Shown here: positions 50,901 through 63,151 of the stretch, piece after piece
Position numbering within the stretch: the stretch's first letter is position 1
Layout of the letters: the number at the start of each line of letters is the position of its first letter
Assembly: GCA_964658305.1 (NCBI GenBank)
Contig: OZ210885.1
Coordinates: 17,298,001 to 17,362,000, forward strand
Length of the DNA: 64,000 bases
Origin: Leptogorgia sarmentosa
Taxonomy: Eukaryota
Reading direction: 5' to 3'
Notes under the pieces: model-generated
The model's input: only the letters and a program-made list of their open reading frames with translations
Told to the model about the DNA's origin: nothing
Database searches by the model: none
Translations under genes and position numbers: made by a program

Positions 50901-53152
50901 CGAGCTGAAGCGTCATACACTATGCGAAGCTTAGTAGATTCCGCTGACTCCCGAAACACTGGCTTGTGCGGGATGTAAAACACTCTGCCAACACCCTTCG
51001 CTGTAGCTTTCTCAACAATGCCTTGGGATAACTGGTTTTGGATAACATCATCATATTTCTCAAGTATGCCAGGTTGTTTCTCCAGTTTCTTGGCAAGATT
51101 ATTCAATCTCCTTAGACTCCCCATCTCATTACTATGCAAAGGTGGGTGGCAGCCTTTCCAGGGAAGGCCCGTCTCGTATGATCCATCTGGATGTCTGATC
51201 AACTGTTCCTTGAATTCATCATAAACACTCTGTTGGTCTCCCTCTGGTGAGTCTTTCAAGCCCAATACATCAAGTTTGCACAAGTTCTCATAATCCATAG
51301 TAGAGGTTTGGGTCAAGAACATGTTTGTCAAGTCCACTTCTTTCCCAGGTGAGATGAGGGTCCAGCCAAACCGAGTAAGCTCTGCCACAGGTTGGCCGGG
51401 TTTCCCAATCCGGGGTGGGGTCCCAGTTTTGATTCTCGCATATTCACTTGTGCCTAGGATAAGGTGCACAGGTAATTCCGGCTTGTTGTCTACATCTTGC
51501 ATGCAGATTGCCTTGAGGTGGGGGTACTTTGCTATCATCTCCTTATATCTGGGGTTGTTTAGATGCAGGAGAACATCACGGTCGACTTTGGTCACTTCAG
51601 TTTCAAGATTGAAGTTCTCCTCTACGCTGTTGATCTTGATCTTGTGAACTTCTATCATTTTTGTGCTAGTTTGCATCATCATCTCAATTCTTCTATATTC
51701 TTTGCGGACAGGTTGTTTGTTCAGGAGGGCAAGAAGGGTTTCAGAAGCATAGGAACTACCCGCTCCAGTATCCAGTAACGCTCTACATCTGATTCCATCT
51801 ACGTCCACGACAACTACAGGATATGTCACTGCTCCTTCACCAGTGGCCACAAGAAGAGGGGACTGGCTCTCGCAGATCGATGTATGGTGCCTTCGCTTGC
51901 ACCTGCGACATGCTAGTTGACTTCGACATTCTGATGCTTTATGCTTTTGTCCAGTACAGTTAAAGCATCGCTGCTTGGTTGAAAGGATCTTCTTGCGGTC
52001 TGCTACCGCAACTACACTGGTGCACTCAGCTGGTTTGTGGTCGGTCTTCTCACAATATACACAGGGTGTTGGTTTAGGGTCTCGCTGATCAGTTTGGAAG
52101 GACTTGGATTTCTTCGGATTCTTTTCGTAATTCTTCTCGTCACTACTGATCGGATTTCTTACGGTCCACTGTCTAAGTGCTTCGATGAGTTCTGGAAACT
52201 TCCACTCTTGCCAGGCATCGTCGGTACGAACCAGGTCTCCCCGAATTCCTCCTAATTTATCAATGGTCATTCGTACATAGCCAGTTATTTCTTTCAACTT
52301 CCCAAGCGTTTCTAGCGCTTGCACATTCCATAAGAGCTTCTCATAAAACTGATGTATCTCTTTGGTGTTAGAGCCTTGGATTCGGGGCAAGAGCATAATG
52401 TTCTGGATATATGCGTTTACTATTTCGCTGTCTTTCCCATATTTACTCTTCAGGATATTTTCCGCTCGCTCATACCCTTCTGAGGTCAGGGGTAAACCAT
52501 CAATACATACCCGAACTTTTGCTTCCAGAAGTTCTTTTAGGTAAGAAAACTTTGTTACGACAGGTATCTCAGCTGCCTCAATTTCTGCTTGAAATTGATT
52601 CCAGAATCTGAGCCAATCTGTGAGCTCTCCGTTGAATTTCGAAATGACAAGTTTTGGGAGCTTTGTATTCAAGTTTGACTTCTCTTTCGTACTACCTTGA
52701 GCTTGACATGCTTCTTCGATCTTCTTTTCGTATGCCATTCGTCGCTGAAACTTTTCCTCTTCGAATTGCATCTCTTTTTCGAATTGTTTATGTTTCATGA
52801 ATTGAATGAATTCTTCTTCATCATGTTTGGTTTGCTTCAAGGCTTCTCGGTTCAGTTCCTTGATCACACTTTCGAGTTTTGCAATGTTTTCCTCAAATAC
52901 CACCACCCGGCTGTCGATACCCGCACTCCAATCACGTATCTCTTCTTCATCCTCGTTACTTTCAAGCTTAAGCTCTTTTATTTCCACTTTTAGATTATAA
53001 ACTTCGTCCAACTTTGTTTTGATTACCTTTTGTTGCCTTTCTAGCGATGATACTTGCTCTTTATCGATTATTCCCTTCGATTCTTCGTCGGTTAGCGTAA
53101 GTAGCTTGATCTTCGTTTCGATTGATTTTGATTTCCCATCATAGGTCGCCAT
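47939..53152 (-). pseudogene. BEL/Pao gag-pol polyprotein (about 1737 codons) with one in-frame TGA at 49439-49441
   Basis: KLPKLVISKF, CCHC knuckles, ALLDTGAGSSY protease, YVDD RT, FGDAS RNase H, GIDYAGP/YSDNG/GGQFER integrase; ORFs 49439-53152 and 47939-49243 share a frame and the linker has no other stop. Confidence 0.93.
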
Positions 53153-53230
53153 ATTTCACAATTTCACGATAAATTTCACGCTGTTTATTCGCTTAAATCA
53201 CGGGTTAAGATCGCGTCGGAGGTGCCACTA

Positions 53231-53392
53231 TGTCGTAAAAAGCTTTCGATTAACAACACACAGACCCACGATGGGTCTTCTACGGTTTATTTACTCAAAA
53301 CAATACAATTTTCACTCGTTTTCCGCCATCTTGTTTTTTCTCCCACGTGTCTTTCTATCCCTCGTTATCCCTCACTTCCACACTATCCCACA
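53231..53392 (-). repeat. 5' LTR of the full-length BEL element
   Basis: Direct repeat of 47608-47769, adjacent to the PBS. Confidence 0.95.
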
Positions 53393-53396
53393 ATAT

Positions 53397-53855
53397 GACA
53401 GCACAATATGCTCGCTTCGATGCTTCCCCAAAACCATGCAGCCAATACTTAGCCTCTGCTGATTGGAACTAGTTTCCTGTTGACTTGCATATCTCTCAAC
53501 TGTCACAGCATTTGCTTCACTAAAATCCTACAACCACTTCTCCCATCTATCTTTCAAACTTCTACCTAAAATATCATCCCAGTCTAAGCCACTAGTACAA
53601 ATATCTTGAAATAGAATCTTAGTCTTTGCAACTGTGGGACTCAAAAGCCCTAGGGGGTCGAATATGCACGCGAGACGACTCAAAACATTTCTTTTTGAGG
53701 GCTCTGTTTTCTGCACCTTTTCAATGAAATAGTCTAATCTTAGCAATCTTTCCATACTTGGCTGCCGGCCTGACCCTCAACTGCTGTTCTTGTGTTTGTT
53801 TGTTCTTTTCTATCTCAACTCGCTATCATTAGTGCACCACTTATGCAATCAGAAA
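53397..53855 (-). mobile_element. Continuation of the older BEL/Pao element interrupted at 47607
   Basis: SKRNVLSRLACIFDPLGLLSP; removing the young BEL restores GFGEASKRAYCAV|IYLAL. Confidence 0.85.
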
Positions 53856-54345
53856 CAGTGGTGTAGCCAGCTCTAAATGTTTGGTCCTGCTCATCGAGCG
53901 CCGAATGCGCGAGACGTTTGGGTTTTAGGGGGGTCCGGGGGAACTCTCCCCCGGGAAATTTTGAAACTTAGAAGCTCGGAAATGCGTTTTCCTGCGATTT
54001 GAGCAGTGACTTTTGAGCTTCAGATTGACCTTATAAAAGGATAAATATTTGTTATAATTACAAAAATACGGTGATTTATGATGACTTTTTAGCAACATTT
54101 GACTGTTTCACTCATTTGTACCTAACTTTCCACTCACCAGCTATACGGTTTTACCCGTATTCCAGCCCTTGTGACACTGGATGGCGATTTAAAAAGGTGG
54201 TTGGTACAAAGATTTATGTGCGTCATGGTTGTCGCATGAGTCCTACTTTCTATTCGGACAATGGTTCACATGAGAGGCATTACCCATAGTTTTGGATATT
54301 AAAACAAAATGGGCACCCTTTACGTGATGTATCAGCATGTTTCGC

Positions 54346-54842
54346 GGAAAGAGAATACTATTCTATGGGGTCACCACTCACAGAAGTGAAGTGGGTATCT
54401 CCCCAAATACTACAATAGAGAATTTTAACTATGGAAAGAGAATACTATTCTATGGGGTCACCACTCACACAAGTGAAGTGGGTATCTCCCCAAATAGTAC
54501 AATAGAGAATTAAAGATTTAGAAAGAGAATACTATAATAAAATAATAATAATAGAAAAAAATAAATAACTATTCTATGGGGTCACCACTCACAGAAGTGA
54601 AGTGGGTATCTCCCCAAATAGTACAATAGAGAATTAAAGATTCAGAAAGAGAATACTATAATAATAAAATAATAATAAAAAAATTGAATAATTACTATTC
54701 TGTGGGGTCACCACTCACTGTCCAAAGTGAAGTGGATATCTCCCCAAATAGTACTATAGAGAATATATATTTGAAATTTAATAAGAGTATGTTATACAGA
54801 TACCACCTGAACTGGACGTCTGGAAGTGGGTATCAATCTCCC
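54346..54842. repeat. Array of four (plus one partial) hairpin-forming repeats with AT-rich spacers
   Basis: TACTATTCTATGGGGTCACCACTCAC-loop-GTGAAGTGGGTATCTCCCCAAATAGTA near 54356, 54443, 54568, 54694. Confidence 0.9.
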
Positions 54843-54904
54843 TGAAAAGCAATAAGAAATATATTAGTAGAGGAAATTAAATAGATAGCACAAATGTGTT
54901 AAAT

Positions 54905-57076
54905 CTATTTGTAGAGGAAGGCAAGTCTTCTGGGTTTTCCAACAAACTTTTGCACAACCTCCTCATGCAGCACATTGGCATCTTCTTTGAGTTTTAAAAT
55001 ATCTTTGTGAATTGAAATCCTACAAAGAGAACTCAGTCGACCCTGAGCCATTGTATTTCTCAAATAGCTCTTAACCCTTTTCAAACAAGAGAATGACCTC
55101 TCAACCGAAGCACTTGCAACTGCTAACACACCATTCATTTTCAGCAACTTGACTGCTTCTGGTAGACTAGATTGAAGATTAAATTCAAAAATATATTTTA
55201 GTAGTTCAAGGCTAGTTTCTTTATGGAAGTCAGTATCCCTGTAAATAAAAGAAAGTTGGCTCTCAAGCATAGGCACATCAAATAGGGGACCATACATTTC
55301 CTTGAGCAGACTGATTTTGTCAGTTGGTACCACTCCACCCCAAGTTTTAAATACCCTTGGGCTTACAAGATCTGAAAACTCAAAACGGTTCATATCTTGA
55401 AAACGTTCACTTAACATGCCTACAATGGAATCTAGAACCTCAAAGTAAAGCTGTTTGTAATTATGCTTCTTGTCAGGCTTGCTTGCTGGTGGGCCTACTT
55501 TGTCCACTGCCTCTTGGTAAAATTCAGCAAAATCTTCATCGGTGCGGAGAGAAGAAACGAAGGTCTTGAAACGCTCAATTCTGCTCACACCATAGTTGAA
55601 GTCTGTTTGCGTGTCTTGGAGAATGCAGTACAAAATAGACGATTGCTCTAAAATCTTATAAAAAACAGATACCAAAAAGCAAAACAAGAAACTATTAAGG
55701 TAGTGCAACAAACCACTTAACTTATCCAGTGATTCATCATCCCAGCCTGCAGGTTCATCAATCACTCCTTCAAAAATCTCTAAAAGATCCTCATAGTTTT
55801 TGTGCAACACTTTAACAACCCTAGATCGATAATACCACCTAGTATCACCAGGGTTAGGGAACTCGATTTTATGAGAAGTGAGAAATGCCTTTCTCCTGGG
55901 GGCATTGCTTGTGAATGTACAAAAGGCACCAACATTGATAAAGAAAATTTTAACAGGGGAAATGGATGAGGCAGACTGACACAAAACAAGGTTTAGTCTG
56001 TGTGCTGCACAATGGACAAAATAGGCAAAAGGGTACTCTTGGCGAACTTGAACCTGCACACCACTGATATGGCCCGACATAACAGCAGCACCATCGTAAG
56101 TTTGAAGGATTAGTTTGTCCTTGATTCTGGAATGCTGATTGAGTTTATCTTTAATTACCCGGGATACAGCAGCAGCATCTCTATTTGAGCTGACATCAAC
56201 AAATCCCAGTTGCCTTTCAACAATCTGATAACCCTTATCTAAACGGACAATCATACTTACCTGTTCTTTGGTGGAGACGTCCGATGTCTCATCAACCTGC
56301 ACACTCATAAAAGTGCACTCCTCAGTCTCTTTCAAAATTTCATCCTCAATAATTGAATCAAGGCAACTGATTAAATCATTTTGGATTTCGGGAGAAACCC
56401 CAGTGAACCGTCCACCACCACGGGCCCCACCCCTTTCAGATTCAGCTAATCGGTCATGCAAGCGCCGTTCAAATACTGAATCAAATTTAGCAAAGGACTC
56501 AAGTAACTCCCTATAGTTACCTTTACTCAAGCTGTCTTCTGATTCGTTGTGCCCTCTGAACGCCAACTCTTGTTTGGATAGGTACAATACAGCTTCTGTG
56601 ATGGTTTTCAGAATTTCCCTGTTTTGCCTTACCTCTTCGTTGTGGCGTTGAATTTCGTCTCGTCTTGCTTGCGAAATGAGGGAATCCACTCGCACACCTG
56701 CTCCATACGTCTTCCAGGTCTTAAAAGCACCCATGTGTGACTTCGCCTTTTCATGCTTTTTGCAATCCGAGAGGAAGCCATGCATGTCGCCATATCCAGA
56801 CTTCGTCCACGTTGGGGACTTTCCAGGGCAAAACAAAAGACAAGGCCAGCAAAACAGTTTCTTCAAACTGGAGCTGCCACAAAGCCAATCCTTTTTCGCA
56901 TACCAAGTCTCCTGAAATATTCTCCCCCTAGATGTTATTGCTAACTTCGGAGTCGGTCGCTGCTTAACAATGGTATTTTGTTCGGCAATCGCTCGAACGG
57001 AAAAAGATTTCTTCAGCAAATCGCTAATAATATCGGCTTCAGTTGCAACTGAATTCGTCACACTTGCTGAAGCCAT
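54905..57076 (-). CDS. Intact hAT transposase (ZMYM1-like: TTF-type zinc finger, DUF4371, hAT C-terminal dimerisation), 723 aa
   Basis: FCWPCLLF, KQELAFRGHNE, GNYRELL, QVDETSDVS, QTYDGAAVMSG, FVHCAAHRLNL, DTRW, SASVERSFSCLKRVKSYLRNTMAQGRLSSL; single uninterrupted ORF. Confidence 0.95.
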   Translation of the reverse strand: MASASVTNSVATEADIISDLLKKSFSVRAIAEQNTIVKQRPTPKLAITSRGRIFQETWYAKKDWLCGSSSLKKLFCWPCLLFCPGKSPTWTKSGYGDMHGFLSDCKKHEKAKSHMGAFKTWKTYGAGVRVDSLISQARRDEIQRHNEEVRQNREILKTITEAVLYLSKQELAFRGHNESEDSLSKGNYRELLESFAKFDSVFERRLHDRLAESERGGARGGGRFTGVSPEIQNDLISCLDSIIEDEILKETEECTFMSVQVDETSDVSTKEQVSMIVRLDKGYQIVERQLGFVDVSSNRDAAAVSRVIKDKLNQHSRIKDKLILQTYDGAAVMSGHISGVQVQVRQEYPFAYFVHCAAHRLNLVLCQSASSISPVKIFFINVGAFCTFTSNAPRRKAFLTSHKIEFPNPGDTRWYYRSRVVKVLHKNYEDLLEIFEGVIDEPAGWDDESLDKLSGLLHYLNSFLFCFLVSVFYKILEQSSILYCILQDTQTDFNYGVSRIERFKTFVSSLRTDEDFAEFYQEAVDKVGPPASKPDKKHNYKQLYFEVLDSIVGMLSERFQDMNRFEFSDLVSPRVFKTWGGVVPTDKISLLKEMYGPLFDVPMLESQLSFIYRDTDFHKETSLELLKYIFEFNLQSSLPEAVKLLKMNGVLAVASASVERSFSCLKRVKSYLRNTMAQGRLSSLCRISIHKDILKLKEDANVLHEEVVQKFVGKPRRLAFLYK

Positions 57077-57252
57077 TATTAACTCTCAAACACAATACCA
57101 GATGGTCAATTACTAACCTTTAATACGCTTTATACTCGCCTGACAGAATCGTGTCTAATCACGCGGAAAGCTCGCAAAGGAAAGGCAATACAAGGCCAAG
57201 TCCTGCTATTTCAAATGAGCAGGACTTGGCATTTGTAAATAGCCCGTTTGAG

Positions 57253-57484
57253 CAGTGCTTCCACAAATCAGAATTGAAATTTCCTTTTTCCAGGATCAAA
57301 TTTCCCTTTTTTAAATAAAATTTCCTTGCAAAAATCATGTAATTTCCTGTAAAATTTCCTTGCCATATTCTCATGAATATTGACGATTCTATCATTGCCT
57401 AGTCAAATATATTGGAAACTTAGAATAGTGAACTCTTCTCATTTATAAACCCGGAGCGAGAAGTATTTGGCGAATTAAATATAA
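57253..57484 (+). repeat. hAT-like element end, copy 2 (truncated)
   Basis: Near-identical to 21984-22215. Confidence 0.75.
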
Positions 57485-57687
57485 CTGAATCTAATAACTT
57501 ATCTGTTGGTGACACAGGATCTTTAGGTTTAGGTGGTTCTTCCAAAGTCCAAAATTTCTGTAGAGTTTCATCGCAGCTAGAGCCAACATTTGATACATGC
57601 AGTGTTGTGACTGGTTCTGTCATAGATTGACCATTGGGGATTGTACTGCCAAACAAGACCCAACCAAAGATTGTTTCTTGGGCTGAT
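57485..57687 (-). mobile_element. BEL/Pao protease-RT linker fragment
   Basis: AQETIFGWVLFG...DETLQKFWTLEE. Confidence 0.6.
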
Positions 57688-60600
57688 GGGGTTCCCTTTT
57701 ACTGCTACGTTCAGAGAAAGGTTACCGCTATCTCGTGTTCAGATCATAAGGAGTTTACTACATTATATACAGAGAAAAACGGTCCAAATTTTATGACACG
57801 AGTGTGCACGTTTTGAACACTAACGGCGTCAAATTATCGACTTGCTCGACGTTTGCATGCTATTATACTGCTGTGAGACGTAACAATAGAGTGATTTTCT
57901 CTACATATATTTCTTTGTTCTTTTTCCAAGTTAATTGTATATTTTGAATTATTGTAAATGTCTTTTGAGCCATAATTTTGCATTGTGAAATTGAAGTAAA
58001 CATCGGCCATTAAAAACATTTTTGCAACATTAGATAGCCTTCAACCTGACAAGGCATATCTTTTGGGTTGTTGTGTTTCGGCGCAAAAATTTGACCTGAA
58101 TGTAGGCTAAAGTTTACAATCGCATTTTATACTCGTTTCACCTGGTTCAAAGGCAGTGTTTTGTAAGTTTTTTCTTCGAGTGCCTTGGTTCTTACATTAA
58201 AAAAGTAAATACAATTCTTCAATATTTTAAATAACATTATTAGCTAAAATTTAACTCTTTCTAGAATTGAAATTTAATAGTATTTTAAGTGTAGGTGTGC
58301 CGAACTTGTGTCGACACACTAAAACTCGTGGTTATAACACTTATGACACGGTTATAATGCTTTTGATTAACATTTAATACCTTTAAGTAATGAACATGAA
58401 CTAAAAGTCCCAATTGCACGTGTTTGTTTTTCTTATCTGAACAGGCCTGTTTCCCACAGGCAACCCACTACCCTTTTCTACAAATGTCCGTTCACCCTCC
58501 CCTCTAAAATTAAATGGTTTTCTTAATTTTATAATTAATGTCAACTAGAAAGGTAAAGTTTGCAGTCAAATGTCCGACATTATGTCGAGTTAGTTTCTTC
58601 ACTTTTCTTCCTCTCATGCCAACCGCAGGATTTTACACCTAGCGTCCTTTGCTGCTTGTCTCTTACTCCTTCGTTGCCCGATTTCGTCCATTTCGTTTGG
58701 CTTCGTCTCCTTTGACTTCGGTTCTCCAGTATCTGTTCCTTGAGTTCAAGAGAGCAAACAAGAGAAAGCGGCCTTTCAACTGTATGTCCCTTGGTCAAGA
58801 TCTTTATTCCTCGCACAACCTTGTCCTTCTCCTTGATTAGCTCAACGACTTTTCCCCGTTTCCATTCAGCTCGATTCTTTTCCTCACCGACCACCAACAT
58901 CATTTCTCCCACTTCTGGGCATGCATTTTCCCCTTTAATCACTCGATGATGTTCCATTAAGCTATGCACATATTCCGTCTTCCATCTTTGCCAGGCGTGT
59001 TCTCGTTTCTGCTTCATTTGTCTGTGTAACTTCACGACTTCTCCCTCGTCCGAGTCTGATTCGTCTATGGTATGCACATTTTGTCCCCACAGAATTGTAT
59101 TTGGTGTGAGCACCTCTTCCTCTTCTTGCTCGCTTTCGACGTACGTCAGTGGCCTATTGTTTACATTTTTCTCAATGTCAATCACGATAGCTTGTAACTG
59201 TTCGAAAGATAATGTTGATCTTCCCAGAACTTTATACAGAGCCTTTTTTATGTCCTTCAGCAAGCGTTCATACATTCCACCCACCAAGGGGACTTGGATA
59301 GATTGAATCTCCACCGAATCTCTTGTCTTGCCAAATGATCTTGCAGTCGTTTGCTTGTACGTATCTTTCTGATCCATAACGCTGTCGCTTTAAACACTCC
59401 CCCATTGTCCGATACAAGCAACCTTGGTCTGCTCTTTCTTGCAATGAAAGCGTTCAGCTTTACTTTAAATTCCTCGGCAGATTGTGTCTTCGTCAACTCC
59501 AGATGCACGGCTCTGGATGTAGCATGTAACATTTACCTTCTTCTTTCCTGGTAATCTTATAGGTGAGGGGACCCGCGAAATCAACACCCGTCGTTTGAAA
59601 CGGTTGTCCGCTTTCGATTCGAAACGTAGGTAGTACTGCAGTTGCTGTACGACCATATGGTTTGACTCGGTACACTTTACACATGTTGCATTTGTTAATG
59701 ATTCTTTTGACTTTTGAGCGCAGTCTCGGAATCCACCAGTCCTCTCTCAGTGCGGCCATTGTGTTCGCGACACCAAAATGACGTATCTCATTGCGTGTAT
59801 GCATGATCAATTTGTCCATAAAGTCTCCTCCTTCCAAGTATATCGGCTGATACCCGGGGATTCGACCTTTACATTTCAGTAAACCAGAATCACCTCATAT
59901 AACTTCCCATCCAGGCGCTTGTAGCTCTAAACTCACGTCTTCTTGGACCTTCTTCACCCATCGCAGTTTCGACTGTTCTAGCTCTTTTTGTCGTCAACAG
60001 ACCTTTTGCCAGGTTATTTTCTGTTTTCTGTCTCTTGCGTTGCTTATGAATCTTAACGCCCATGCTGTAACACGAATAGTCTTCCAGTAATTTTATCTAG
60101 AAAGTAACCTAGAAGTGATCTAGTAAGTCCCATTCATCCGGACTCTTTTCTTGCGTATTAAAAGCAGCTTCCGTCATCGGCTTTTGCTCGTCCAGGACAT
60201 TCTTTGTTCTCTCGAGCTTCGGTTGTTTTGGCCATTTGTCTGGGTTAACCAGCCACTCGGGACCATTGAATGGGCAGTATTTCCAACTGATGCCTACTTC
60301 GTCCGTAATCTCAGCGATCTTCTGCCTCCTATTTGATACAAAGACTTTCCAAGGTCTTTCTGGACTTGCAATCCAAAACAAAGCAACGAGGTTGTCCATC
60401 CACACTGTAACTGATTCAATGGGCCATTTTCTCAATGCAGTCACGAAATTCTTAGCCATGTTGGCAGCCATGTGACCGCTGACTAATTCCAGCCTTGGAA
60501 TGGAAGTGTTTCTTTTGGCAATTCTGGACTTTGATGCAAGAAGACCTTTACATATTCCACTGGAATGTTCGATTACTGCTATACTGACGGCCGAGCACGC

Positions 60601-63150
60601 TGTGACACTTGCGTCAACAAATAAATGCAAATGTATGGCTTTCACCTTTCGAATCTCCCTTGCTAAACTTCTCGGAATTTTCACATTTCTTAAGTGTTGC
60701 CGCCACTTTATCCAATCTTTGGACATGCTGGTAGATACTTCGGAATTCCAGCCGACTTTCTCATCACACGCTTCTCTATAGATGCGCTTTCCTTCCACCA
60801 TGGTAGGTGATATTATTCCCAAAGGGTCATATATGCTACTGAGTTCCTTAAGAATATGTCTCTTTGTCACTGGTGTTTCTTCTTTTGTAGGTTCTGCTCG
60901 AATCTCAAGAGTATTCTCTCTCTTATTCCATTTATGCCCAAGTATTTTGCTGGGGATTGATTCATTGTCAACTTCAACATTCGATTCCCACTTGTGGACT
61001 GGGAACTTCGCACCTTCTAGGATTTCCGTCGCTTCTCGTTTGAACTCTTCAAGATCTGCAATATCATTTCCGGTCTTCATGAGATTGTCAACATAAGTGT
61101 TCTCTTTTAACGAGTCAATGGTGTTTTGGTACTCTTCTTGTTGCAGACTGAAGTGGTATTGCAGGGTGGCACCAAGCATAAATGGGCTTGCTTCCACGCC
61201 GAAAGGCACACGAGTAAAGCACCCTCTACTGCGACATTTACCTTCGCAATGGCCTGGTCGACCACAATTGAAACATAGTCGCTTCTCAACAAAGAACTGT
61301 CTACGCGTAGCCACAGAGTCATACGATGTGCATTGGTCTCCCCAGTGCTTCACAATACATACAGACCGGGCCCTTGTTTCTACCGTTGGTAAACTCTCCC
61401 CTCTTTTGTGTATACCAATTTCGCTCCTTCCTTCTTGGGTTTTCTTGTTCTTTAGTTGGTACCTCTTCTGTTTTGTTACGCTTTAACCACCCCTGTAATG
61501 CTGACAACAATTGTCTCATGTTCCAATCTTCCCAAAATCTAAATCAGGTCCGTACTAAATCAGGTTTAACTTGGGGCAGCTTATTTAAAGTAGACACTAC
61601 CAACCCCTTTAACATAGCTTCTTCACTCAACGTTTGCAGCGCGTCATAGTTTTTGCAAAGACGTTCATAAAATTCCCATACCTTATCGTAATTTCTTCCT
61701 CTCACCGTCTGTAACTTAATAATTTCCTCCATATGAGCTGCAATTACTAATTTATCATGACCATACTCCACTTTCAGCCTTTTCCATACTGTTCGGTAAC
61801 ATTCTGACCCTGGCTTCAAGTTCGAAAGTCTAGCTCTCACCTTCGGATTCATAAGCTCTAACAGGTATCCAAATTTCTCAGCGTCTGAAACGGGCTTGCT
61901 GTCAACTTGGGAGGAAAACATATTCTCGAACCTTATCCAGTCAGCAGAAGTCCCATTAAAGGGTGATATTTTCAACTCTGGTAGTTTCGATCTACTTCCT
62001 TTAGCTTCTTTCTCCATCTGAATTTTCTTCTCAACCAACACCAACTCTGCTCTCATTCTTTCCTCCCACATTTCTTTCTCTTGCTGTTGGATCTGCCTAC
62101 GTACTTGCTCTTCTTTCTCCATCTTTCTCATCGCTACTTCCTCAGCTCTCAAGCTTTCATGTCTCTGTCTTTCATCCAGGGCCCTACACAACCTCGCCTG
62201 TTTCTCACATAGTGGTGCGCATACTCTGCCTTCCCAGCTCGATTTTTAACTCTTGTAACTGTGACACCAAGTCGTTCATATTGTCTTGAATCTGCTGTGT
62301 TTGCTTGCATACTTGTTTGATTTCATTAAAATCCTCACTTTCTAATAATTCGTCGACGTCCTCGAGATAAAACTGCAGCTTTTCAATCTCTTTTCTAATC
62401 TTTTTCTCCTGATCTTTCTCTTCTTGAGTAATTTCCACCGTATTATTCTCCTCAATTTCTTGTTGTTCAAGTTCTTCCGCCATCTTGGATTTTGTTATAC
62501 CCTCACTTTCTCGTCTTTCTCCGCAAATATCTCCTCGTACAATCCTGGTCACAGCACCAAAATGTGCCGAACTTGTGTCGGCACACTAAAACGTGCGGTT
62601 ATAACACTTATGACGCGGTTATAATGCTTTTGATTAACATTTAATACCTTTAACAATTTAATGAACATGAACTAAAAGTCCCAATCGCACGTGTTTGTTT
62701 TTCTTATCTGGGTCGCCCCCGAACAGGCTGTTTCCCACAGGCGACCCGATACCCTTTTCTACAAATGTCCGTTCATAGGTAGTTTTGAGTGAAATATTAG
62801 TGTAAACTTAGTATAGTAAAAAATTAAATTCTAGTGTAAGTACCTTTGAATATGAATAATAAATAATAAGTAGTAATTTAATAGTTAGCATAGGATAATA
62901 ATAAATTAATGTAATGGATAACGAACCAGGTACATCTAAAGAAACAAATGAACAAATACTGCAAAGTGATATCAGACAGTGGACAAAAGAACTCAAAACT
63001 ATTCTACCATTCACATTTGAACTGATGCAAAAACACCTTCGGACTAACCCTGAATTGGTTAAAGAAAGTGTTGGAGCACATACAAGAAAAAAGGATACCA
63101 GCTTTTTAAGGACAAGTATGTCAAACAAGTTGTAGCGATGTGAAGAGATA
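57688..63150 (+). mobile_element. Possible ISL2EU/Kolobok-type element 5' part (host of the BEL at 58296), with an accessory-protein fragment at 62914-63140
   Basis: AT|GGGGTTCCCTTTTAC candidate terminus; RQWTKELKTILPFTFELMQKHL then frameshifted KGYQLFKDKYVKQV resembles N-termini of SWIM/YqaJ accessory proteins. Confidence 0.3.
58296..62775 (-). mobile_element. BEL/Pao LTR retrotransposon with both LTRs, internal deletion and frameshifts, TSD TAGG
   Basis: LTRs 58296-58494 and 62563-62775 (TGTGCCGAAC...GTCCGTTCA); tRNA-His-like PBS TGGTGCTGTGACCAGGAT; the gag knuckle joins directly to RT ([11 protein letters not shown]), so protease and RT N-terminus are deleted. Confidence 0.93.
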
Positions 63151-63151
63151 G

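Larger units (their letters stand above)
47608..53392 (-). mobile_element. Full-length BEL/Pao LTR retrotransposon, 162-bp LTRs, TSD ATAT
   Basis: LTRs 47608-47769 and 53231-53392 (TG...CA, 3 differences); tRNA-Trp-like PBS TGGCACCTCCGACGCGAT; PPT AGGGGGAGAG; ATAT on both flanks. Confidence 0.97.
53856..57252 (-). mobile_element. hAT DNA transposon; 3' TIR present, 5' end missing
   Basis: Terminus CAGTGGTGTAGCCAG at 53856 with the typical GGGGGGTCCGGGG...CCCCCGGGAAATTTTGAAA subterminal; no matching TIR found upstream of the ORF. Confidence 0.85.

Noticed and set aside
53409..53419. U6 snRNA 5' end (TGCTCGCTTCG)
   Set aside because: Only 11 nt match and it is the antisense of BEL coding sequence (ASKRAY).
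54346..54842. CRISPR array
   Set aside because: Eukaryotic context, no cas genes, and the spacers are low-complexity and related to each other.
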